From NCBI RefSeq assembly GCF_036971445.1, contig NC_091474.1, forward strand, positions 137,020,001 through 137,084,000: 64,000 nt of DNA, in the 5' to 3' direction. A model generated the notes under the pieces. It was given only the letters and a program-made list of their open reading frames with translations, was not told the origin of the DNA and ran no database searches. How positions within the stretch are numbered: position 1 is the first letter of the stretch; each line of letters begins with the position of its first letter. This document shows positions 1 to 9,790 of the stretch, piece by piece. A program made the translations under genes and the position numbers. The DNA comes from Narcine bancroftii (taxonomy: Eukaryota).

Positions 1-39
1 TCTCCATATCAATGTATCTAAGTATCTTGCATTTACTGC

Positions 40-305
40 ACAGAGTCATGGAGCTATATAGCTCAATTCCTGCATACCAGTCAAGTTTCCTGCCTGAGCT
101 CATCTCATTTACCTTTGCTATTCATGTATTTGTCTGACTGTTTTATAAAAGTTTTAATTTTACCCATCTCTACTGCTTCATCTGACAGCTCATTCCACCT
201 ATGAAATATTTGAAATTCACCCCCTTTAAATCTTTCGCCTTTCATCTTTAATTTATGCCCTCTATGTTTAGACTCTCCTTTCCTGAGGAAAAGATTCCCA
301 CCATT
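40..305 (-). mobile_element. CR1-type LINE 3' end fragment (old)
   Basis: Reverse strand reads agagggcataaattaaagatgaaaggcgaaagatttaaagg..., the typical CR1 ORF2 C-terminal RGHxLKxxGxRFK segment, followed by a 3' tail; degenerate. Confidence 0.65.
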
Positions 306-324
306 CCTCTTAACTTAAATTTTA

Positions 325-600
325 AATTTTCATTTTATATTTAGACATATAGACAGACTTACAGCATGGGAACAGGTCCTTTCAACTTACAAGCCCGAGC
401 TGCCCAATTACACCCAATTAACCTACATTGCCCGGTACACATTTTGAACACTGAAAGGAATCTGTAGCACCCAGAGAAAGCCAATGAATACAAGGGGAGA
501 ATGTACAAGCTCCTTACAGACAGCGCAGGATTTGAATCCTGGTCCCTTTCGCTGGCGCTGTAACGATGTTACGCTAACCACTATGCTAACCAAGCTGCCC
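325..600 (-). mobile_element. tRNA-derived SINE, HE1/V-SINE-like
   Basis: Minus strand: A-box-like tggttagcatagtgg, B-box-like ggattcaaatcc, core ctgtctgtaaggagcttgtacattctcccc, CR1-like tail; three more copies in the window. Confidence 0.8.
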
Positions 601-1395
601 TATGCCTATTATGGTTTTTTTGATCCCTCAATTGGTTTGTACCTCAGCCTCCAGGGTAAAAATGCCAGCCCTCCAGTCCAAAAAGTTAAGAAGGGATATC
701 CTCCAAGTTATCCAAGAGGTATAAACTTACTGTAACTGAGCCAGAGCATTTGACTATTTTAACAATTGGTCTAACGACCTCACAATGTATTTCTCCCATT
801 AAATAACCATTTAGAATTTGTGCATCAAATTGATAATAAGTGCTCCCTGCTTAAAGGGGCACAAATGAAAACTCTAAATGAAAAATAGAGAAACAAATAT
901 AACATTGTCAAATTATTCCATCATTTAAATAACTGAAAATGTTCTTCCTTTCTGAACTCCGCACATTAATTCATCAGGCACGATGGCAGTGATTCAGAGA
1001 AAAGCGGCCAGAATTAACCATCTAAGTGTCTTACACAGACTGCATTGGAAAATGAAATAAGCCAAGATTGAGACTGAAGGTAAATGTAGGATTGTTTTAT
1101 ACAGAGTAAGAGCCTTTCAGGTAATTCTAGTGTTAAAATTACAAATTTTGTGGGGTTCTTGGCATTACATATTTTAAAATTATTTTATTTGATATTATTA
1201 TAGTTACCTACATTTATTAACTTAAGTCTAAATTTCTTTAAAATATTTTTGAATAATTTGATTAGTTTGAAATAACAATTAAAAATGGAAACACTCAACA
1301 GGTCAGGCATCATATTTGAAGAGAGATTCAAAATTAATGTTTCAGATTGATGGTGACATATGGGAGAGGGAAATTGCTGGATCTGGAGCAAAAAT

Positions 1396-1520
1396 CAATC
1401 TGTTGAAGGGTCGAGCAGCACCAATGGGAGAAAAATAACTGTCGATGTTTCGGGTCAAACCCTCCATCAAATTATCCCACCAATGTTGCTCAATCTTTTC
1501 AGCTCCTCCAGCAGATTGTT
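1396..1520. repeat. Penelope-type terminal-repeat fragments in inverted arrangement
   Basis: aatctgttgaagggtcgagcagcaccaatggga ... tcccaccaatgttgctc...ccagcagatt imperfect inverted pair; similar sequence at 17590-17675 and 28476-28556. Confidence 0.5.
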
Positions 1521-1899
1521 CTGTGCTGATGACCTTTTAAGTTTGATTAAAAAAATGTTTGACCTGAAATATTAATATTTTTTCTCTCCTAAGTTATTGA
1601 CTGACATGATAATTTTCAGAATTGAATTGCTTACGTACTGAGATTCAGTGCAAAACTTTGATTTTCTTTTTTAAAAATCTTTTATTTCTTGCACTACGAG
1701 TCATATCAATAGCCACATCCACAAATGATCATCATCAACAGTGATATTTCCTCTTCCCCCTTTTATCCCTCTCCCCACCCCCTTCAAAAACCAGTAAATA
1801 ATAAAACACATAAAACAGAGAAATAACAAAAAAACAAAAAAGTCGTATCATCGACTTTCACATATTTAAATCTTACTGTCCTCATAATTATATCGTTTT

Positions 1900-4800
1900 A
1901 AGAGATGGAGGTTTGTGGTCAGTATTCTCCGACATATTTTATGTATGGTTCCCAAATTTGTTCGAATAATGTACACTTGTCTTTCAGATTGTATATAATT
2001 TTTTTCTAATGGAATACACTTGTTTATTTCTGTATACCACTGTTTCCATTTTCTAGGTTGTCATAATACATTTTTTTGCAACTGCTAATGCTATCATCAT
2101 AAATCTTATTTGAGCTCTGTCTAATTTTAATCCTAATATTTTTGTCTCATATTATTTAACAGAATTTTTAAAAATCTTTTGGTATATTATTTTTTGTGAT
2201 TTTGTTTAACATTAGGTTTAGATCTTCCCAGAAAGTTTTTACTTTTTAACATGTCCAAATTACATGTAATGTTGTTCCAGTCTCTTGTTTACAGCAAAAA
2301 TATCTATCCGATGCTGTTGGGTACCACTCTTTTAATTTCTGAGGAGTGATATATAATCAATGTAGCCAGTTATATTGTATCCTATGTAATCTACTATTTA
2401 TCGTGTTCCTCATTGTTCCTAAACATAACTTCTCCCATGTTTCATTCTTTATCTCTATGTTTAAATGTTTTTCCCAACTTTGTTTCAGTTTATACTTTGT
2501 TTCATCCTCTTCCTTATATTGCAATTTGATGTACATATTGGTAATAAATTTTTTAATTTTCATTGTGTCTGTGATTAGATATTCATAGTTTCTACTTTCT
2601 GGTTGTCTCAAGCTAGTTCCCAGTTTACCTTTTAAATAAGTTTTCAATTGGTAATATGTAAACATTGTACCATGTGTTATTCCACATTTATGTTTTAATT
2701 GCTCAAATGTTAATAAATTATTTCCCAAAAAGCAATTTTCTATTTTCTTGATTCCTTTTCTATCCCATTCCTTGAAAAATAAATTATCTATTGTAAAGGG
2801 GATTAATGGGTTTTGTGTCAATAACATTTTTGGTATTTGATAATTTATCTTTTTCTTCTTCCAGGTGTATTCTTTTTCCATAATTTAAGTATGCGATGTA
2901 GTACTGGTGAATTGTTGTATTCCACCAATTTTTCATCCCATTTATAAAGTATGTGCTCCAGGATATTTTCTCCCAATTTGTCTAATTCTATCTTAGTCCA
3001 GACTGGTTTTCCTCCTCTCTGATAAAAATCTGTTAAGTACCTTAACTGCACTGCCCTGTAGTAATTTTTGAAGTTTGGTAGCTGTAAGCCCTCCTTCTTT
3101 GTCACTCCATGTTATTTTTTCTAGTGCTATCTTGATTTCTTACCTTTCCATAAAAATTTCTTTACTATTTTCTTCAGTTTTGCAAAATATTTTTCTGTCA
3201 GGGGAATTCGTAACATTTGGAATAGATATTGCACTCATGGGAACACATTAATCTTAATACAGTTTACTCTTCCTATTAAAGTTAACAGTCCTTCTTTCCA
3301 ATTCTCTAAATCTTCCTGTATTTTTTAAATTAATGGTTCATAGTTTAATTTGTATAAATGTTTTAGGTTGTTATTAATTTTGATACCAAGGTATTGTATT
3401 GCCTGTGATTGCCATTTTAAATGGGTTTGTTTTTTTAAATTCTGAATAATCCACTTTGTTCATTGGCATCACTTCATTTTTATTGGTGTTAATCTTGTAC
3501 CCTGATATCTCTCCATACTCTTCCAGTTTCGTATATAGTTTTTTTTATTGACTGATCTGGTTCAGTTAAATATACTATGATGTTGTTTGCAAATAGGCTG
3601 ATTTTATATTCTTTGTCTTTTATTTTTATTCCATTTATCAGTTTCCTTCCTTATCAATTCCGCCAGTGGTTCAATAACCAAAGCGAATAGTGAAAGGGAT
3701 AATGGGCATCCCTGTCTTGTTGACTTGCTTAATTTTAAGTGATCTGATACATATCCATTTATTACTACCTTTGCTAATGCTCTAATCCAGTTAATAAATT
3801 TTTCCGGTTGTTTAAATTTCTGTAACACTTTAAACAAATAATTCCACTCTACCCTGTCGAAGGCTTTCTCTGTGTCTAATGTAACAGCTACCATTGGCCT
3901 TTTATTTAATTGTGCTGCATGAATTAAATTGACAAGTTTGCAAACATTATCAGCTGCCCGTCTTTTTTTAACAAATTCAGTTTGGTCTTGCCTTACTAGT
4001 TTCGGTACACAGTCATTCAGCCTGTTTGCTAGTAATTTTGCTATTAATTTATAATCTGTATTCAATAATGATATTGGTCTGTATGATGTTGGCAATAGTG
4101 GGTCTTTTCCCTCTTTCAAAATTACTGTGATTATTGCTGTTTTACATGATACTGGTAAGTTTTGTGTATTTTCCACCTGATTCATTACTTCTAGGAGGGG
4201 AGGGATTAATAGATTCCTAAAAACTTTATAACACTCTATAGGGAATCCAACTTCACCTGGTGTTTATTGTTTGTTAGTTTCCCATTCAGAGCCAGCTCTT
4301 CAGCGCTTGACGTCCTGTTTTGCGGAAACTGCCAAAATGTTTGGCCTGGAAGTCAGCCTGAAGAAAACTGAGGTCCTCCATCAGCCAGCTCCCCACCATG
4401 ACTACCAGCCCCCCCACATCTCCATCGGGCACACACAACTCAAAATAGTCAACCAGTTTACCTATCTCAGCTGCACCATTTCATCTGATGCAAGGATCGA
4501 CAGCGAGATAGACAACAGACTCGCCAAGGCAAATAGCGCCTTTGGAAGAGTACACAAAAGAGTCTGGAAAAACAACTAACTGAAAAACCTCACAAAGATT
4601 AGCGTATACAGAGCCGTTGTCATACCCACACTCCTGTTCGGCTCCGAATCATGGGTCCTCTACTGGCATCACCTATGGCTCCTAGAACGCTTCCACCAGC
4701 GTTGTCTCCGCTCCATCCTCAACATTCATTGGAGCGACTTCATCCCTAACATCGAAGTACTCGAGATGGCAGAGGCCGACAGCATCAAATCCATGCTGCT

Positions 4801-6598
4801 GAAGATCAAACTGCGCTGGGTAGGTCACGTCTCCAGAATGGAGGACCATCGCCTTCCCAAGATCGTGTTATATGGCAAGTTCTCCACTGGCCACCGTGAC
4901 AGAGGTACACCAAAGAAGAGGTACAAGGACTGCCTAAAGAAATCTCTTGGTGCCTGCCACATTGACCACCGCCAGTGGGCTGATATAGCCTCAAACCGTG
5001 CATCTTGGCGCCTCACAGTTCGGCGGGCAGCAACCTCCTTTGAAGAAGACCGCAGAGCCCACCTCACTGACAAAAGACAAAGGAGGAAAAACCCAACACC
5101 CAACCCCAACCAACCAATTTTCCCCTGCTACCGCTGTAACCGTGTCTGCCTATATGCATCGGACTTGTCAGCCACAAACGAGCCTGCAGCTGACGTGGAC
5201 ATTTACCCCTCCATAAATCTTTGTCTGTGAAGCCAAGCCAAAGTTTCATTAATATATCCTATACTTCTTCAGTCTTAAAAGGTTCTGTCAGTTTATTTTG
5301 TTCTTCTATTTGTGGATGTGGTAGTTCAATATTAGATAAAAATTCATCAGTTTTGTAACTTTTTTCCTATATTTTCAGTTTGGTATAATTGTTTAGAATT
5401 TTTTTAAATTTTCATTAATCTCCAATGAATTATATGTGATCTGCTTTTCATCTTTTCTTGTCGCTAGAATGGTTCTTTTAGCTTGTTTTGTTTTAAGTTC
5501 CCTGGCCAATATTTTGTGTGTTTTCTCTCCCAGTTCATTATATTTTTCTCTACTTTATATGTTTGTAGTGTTTCATATTTTAATTTTTTCTTTGCCAGTT
5601 CTATTTTTTTCTCTGTATCTTCTCTTTTCGCTAATTCCTTTTCTATAATTGTTATCTTTTCTTTTCCCAACTGTTCTACTGCCCAATTATACTTCTTTTT
5701 AATTTTAGTCATATAGCTATTTGTCCTCTAATAAAGGCCTTCATTGTATCCCATAAAATTAATTTATTTTTTACCGATTCCATATTTATCTCAAAATATA
5801 TTTTAATTTGCTGTTCAATATATTCTTTGAAATCTTGTCTTTTTAACAATGTAGGGTTTAGTCTCCATCTCTATGTCTTTGGTGGGATATCCTCTAATTC
5901 AATTGTTAATAACAATGGAGAGTGATCAGATAATAATCTTGCTTTAAATTCTGTTTTTTAAACTCTCCCTTGGATCTGTGCCGATAACAAAAACATGTTG
6001 AGTAGGTCTTATGTCTATTTGAGTAGTATGAATATTCTCTCTCTTTTGTGTGTTGCTTCCTTCATATATCAATTAGTTTCATATCCTGCATTGCTTTCAG
6101 TGTAAATTTAATTACCTTATTCTCATTGTTAATTGTCTTCCCAGTTTTGTCTATCATTGGGTCAAGGTTGAAGTTGAAATCCCCTCTTAGCAACATATAT
6201 CCCTGTGTATCTGCTATCTTTAGGAAGATGTTATGCATAAATTCCTGACATTCTTTGTTAGGTGGATAGCTGTTTAGTAAATTCCAAAATTCTGAATAAA
6301 TCTGGCACTTTGTCATTACATATCTGCCTGCTGGATCTGTTATTATTTCCTTTATATTGATTGATAAATTTTTGTTGACTAATATAACTACTTCCCTGGA
6401 TTTTGAATTGTATGATCATGCCACTACATGACCTACCCATTCTCTCTTCAATTTACTATGTTCTATCTCGGTTAAGTTTGTTTCTTGCACAAAAGCAATG
6501 TTGATTTTCTCTTTTTTTAGTAATGTCAATAACCTCTTCCTTTTAATTTAGTTGTGTAATCCATTAATGTTTATGGTCATGAAATTTAATGTACCCAT
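1900..6598 (-). pseudogene. L1 ORF2 (APE endonuclease - RT - C-terminal domain), frameshifted, with stops
   Basis: Start MGTLNFMTININGLH at 6598; GDFN endonuclease motif (6062-6316); RT motifs YRPISLLNTDYK, LDTEKAFDRVEW, TRQGCPLS (3604-4185); GLQLPNFKNYY; end coordinate approximate. Confidence 0.88.
4282..5243 (+). mobile_element. RTE-clade (BovB-like) LINE, 5'-truncated, inserted antisense in L1 ORF2
   Basis: FGLEVSLKKTEVL, LRWVGHVSRMEDHRLPK, C-terminal CxxC; tail agccaagccaaag; 6-bp TSD agtttc at 4276-4281 and 5242-5247. Confidence 0.92.
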
Positions 6599-7059
6599 CT
6601 TGTACCTCCTTTTTCAATTCTCTCTCATCTCCTCAACTCTTCGATCTCTTTTTTTCCAATATTTAAAAAAAAATATTTTTGCACATCTCAATTCATGACG
6701 ACACAATTAAAAAACAAATTATCCAAGAAATTCCAACTAAAATTAACACATAAAATATTCCTACCTAAAATAATGATAATTCCCCCCTGTATTGGGTTGT
6801 ATTTGACTCCTTGACAGACGACCACAACTCCCTTATCTATTTGGGTTGTGGTAATAACCGCAAGCGTCAACAGATTTTGCAGTAGCAGTTCTTTTTTCCT
6901 TCCCCAGCCTCCCCCCGGAGAAACACTGTAAAATGTAACAAAGCTCTTTTTACCCCCCTTTTTTCATATCTTTTTTCTCCTTATCTCTTTCAAAGTTAAT
7001 CTTTATATTTACATTATCTTTACAACTTATTTCTATTTTTTTTTAGTACTTCTTGTTTT

Positions 7060-8145
7060 GTTATCTGTTCGGTAACCCTGTTGGGCATCTTTCAGATCTG
7101 AGAACAGTCTATTTCTTTCCCCAGGAATGAATATTTTTAATACTGCTGGATGTCATAGTGTAAAATTATAGCCTTTCTTCCACAATGCCTGTTTTGTCAA
7201 GTTAAACTCTTCCCGTTTCTTTAAGAACTCGAAGCTGATGTCGAGATAGAAAAATATTTTTTGTCCTTTATATTCCAGTGGTTGTTTATTTTCTTTTACT
7301 TTATCCTTTGCCCGCTCTAATATTTTTTTCTCTCGTTGTGTGTCTTAGTAACTTTATTATTATGGAACGTGGTTTTTGGTTTGAATAAGGTGCCAATGTT
7401 CTATGTGCTCTTTCATTTTCTATTTCGTCTTGTAGTTCTTCTGCTTCCAAAACTTGTGGGATCCATCTTTTTATGAGCCCCTTTATGTCTAACCCTTGTA
7501 TGTCTTCTTGTATGCCTACTATCTTTATATTGTTTTGTTTGCTATAATTCTCTAACACATCAATTTTTTAAATTAACAGACCTTGTAAGTCTTTAATTTC
7601 TTTGTCTTTATCTTTCAGCCTTTCTTTTGGTTCATTCATTTCTAATTCCACAGCTGTCTGACTTTCTTCTATCTTCTGCTTTTTCCATTTTTATTTTTAT
7701 TGCGTTAAATTCTGTTGTTAAAATCTTCATTTGTTCATCAAAATATTCTCTATTAACTGTTTATCTTTTTTACCTTCTTTTCTGTGTAAATCTTTATCTT
7801 CTTTTTCTTCTCTCTCTAACTCTTTCTCTTGTCTTTTGTTCACCTCTTCTTGCCGCAATGTCATCTACCCGACTTATTCTGTCAATTAATTTTTGTCCCG
7901 TTGCTGGCCCCCCCCCCCCCCCCCCCATCAGTGTCTTTTTTGTTATGCGCATGCATGGTTGCGTTTCTTTTTGTGGCTCAGTAAACCATTTTTGTAGTTC
8001 AATCCGAGGAGGGCTGTTGCCTAACTGGACATCTAATGGCTTCGGGGATTGGACATTCTTTTTTAAGGTAAGGCCTACCTCTTTCTGCTGTTTTCCTGTC
8101 TTCTTCTTTATCTGTCTCTCTGGTCTTTTCCTTTTTTGGTGCCAT
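7060..8145 (-). pseudogene. L1 ORF1p (coiled coil plus RRM-type domain), disrupted
   Basis: MAPKKEK start at 8145; LENYSKQNNIKIVGI...EIENERAHRTLAP...PRSII (7301-7558) is typical of L1 ORF1; end approximate. Confidence 0.8.
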
Positions 8146-8299
8146 CTCTTGGGTTTTCTTGGTTTCTTTATCTTTCAGTACTTCTATGTTTTTTTCCGCC
8201 CAGCTTTTTTTTCTTCTTTTTTTCTTTTCTCTGCAGAGCGCTAATATTCTCCAGCCACTACTCCATCGACATGATGTCACCATCCAAAACTTTGATTTA

Positions 8300-8790
8300 A
8301 TGCTATCCAGATAAGTCATCCTATTCTTGAGTACAAAAAGAAGTGCAAAATAAAACATAATTTCAGTTAAAAAAGTGCAAGGCAGCTTTCATTAATAAAC
8401 AGTTTATTCAATAGTCTGATTACAGTGGGGAAGAAGCTGACTTTGAATCTGGTAGCATGTTTTCAAATGCATGTATCTTGTGCTAAACAAGACGATGGAA
8501 AAGAGAGTACAACTGGGTTAGGATGGGTCTTTTAATGTTGGCTGTTTCCCCAAGACAGCAGGAAGTATAAACAGAGCTGATAGAGAGAATGTTGATTGGC
8601 ATCATGGCCTGAGCTGCATTCACAACTGCAATTTCTTGCAGTTTTTGGCAGAACTGTTCCCATATCAAACTGGGTTGTATCAGTATAGGACACCTTCTAT
8701 GATGTATCTATAAAAATTGGTAAGGACATTGAAGGCATACTGAATTTTTTTAGGCTTCTGAGGAAGGAGAGGCATTGCTGCTGAGTGTTT
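8300..8790 (-). mobile_element. Rex1/Babar-like LINE 3' fragment (target of the L1 insertion)
   Basis: Minus-strand remnants YTSCCLGETANIK...RFKVSFFPTVIRLLN; the 3' tail appears to continue across the L1 TSD to about 1620. Confidence 0.6.
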
Positions 8791-8913
8791 CTGGCATTTT
8801 CAGACTTCCAGCATCTTTTTTTATGATTTTCATAGTCTATTTTAAGTTTGAATTGTGAATCATTTAAAAGCAAAGACCAAGAGATTCCTCAGATCCTGTA
8901 GTAGCATTTGTGA

Positions 8914-9248
8914 CAGGGTTGGCATCAGAACAAGTCTAACTGGGGGGCATTAGGGTAACTGAGGAGGGCTCAATCTGACATTCAAAAACTCGCTCAGCTG
9001 GGGGAGTAGTGGTGCCTACCTACCATGAACCTCCTCTGTGTGCCGCCGCCATCACACTTCCTCCTCCCTCTGACATAATAGACAAATGAATGTTTATATC
9101 GCATGGAGACGAGTGACGCTAGTGCTATGAGTGGGGGAGTGTCACAATACCTCATTTGATGGAACAATGGCCACGAGCAAGTGGGAGGTCACAATGCCTC
9201 ATTTGGGGGGGTGATGCCTGCGATTGCCTCTCCTTTGCACTGGCCCTG
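8914..9248. mobile_element. Non-autonomous hAT-type DNA transposon (MITE)
   Basis: Imperfect TIRs cagggttggcat / gcactggccctg; 8-bp TSD atttgtga (8906-8913) vs atttttga (9249-9256), one mismatch. Confidence 0.65.
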
Positions 9249-9612
9249 ATTTTTGAGTGCTCTTTTCCCATTATACAAGCAAGTTAGATGGAGTTAGAAG
9301 AGGATAGAAACTTTGGGGTGAGTAGTGCGACAGAAAGCACTCAAGACCAGAGAGAGTACAACACACTTTTATTCATTAAGAATGGCACACATGGTCTGTG
9401 GACTGAACTGGGGTTTCGTCAGGGGTGCAGGGTTTATATCGGGATGATATGGGGGTGGAGTCAGGGGAGGAGCCAGTTCTTGGAGTATCGCACCTGCAGT
9501 GAATTCCCAGTTCACTACATTCATCCCTTTTGAATGAAACCTGTGGGTGAAAACAGAGAACATCGGATAGTCAAAAAAAATTACAATATTGACAGGTTCA
9601 ACCTGTCAGGAG

Positions 9613-9787
9613 GTCTGGAAATGTGGGCAGAGAGCCACAGTGTTGGCTGGCCCTGGGCTTCCTGACCCTCCTGTGTTTACGGGGCCTTAGGGCACAGGTG
9701 ATCCAGCTCTGATTGAGGGGTGGCTGGAGCCACTTCTTGCGTCAGCTCACCTGTGTCCCTGAATAGGTCTGAGTCCTGGCCCCCTTG
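9613..9787. repeat. 175-bp direct duplication of element A sequence (copy 1; copy 2 at 12797-12971) flanking element B
   Basis: The two copies align without gaps, about 14 substitutions counted by eye. Confidence 0.9.
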
Positions 9788-9790
9788 GAA

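Larger units (their letters stand above)
1665..8284 (-). mobile_element. Full-length L1-clade LINE, decayed, interrupted by an RTE
   Basis: 14-bp TSD caaaactttgattt at 1651-1664 and 8285-8298; AATAAA plus A-rich tail at about 1665-1686 on minus; ORF1 and ORF2 remnants in the expected order. Confidence 0.92.

Noticed and set aside
977-1080. AG...GT-bounded segment resembling an exon
   Set aside because: Stops in all three frames; no support as a coding exon
7627-8244. 205-aa hydrophobic plus-strand ORF
   Set aside because: Antisense shadow of the A-rich L1 ORF1 and 5' UTR; the F/L/S bias is compositional
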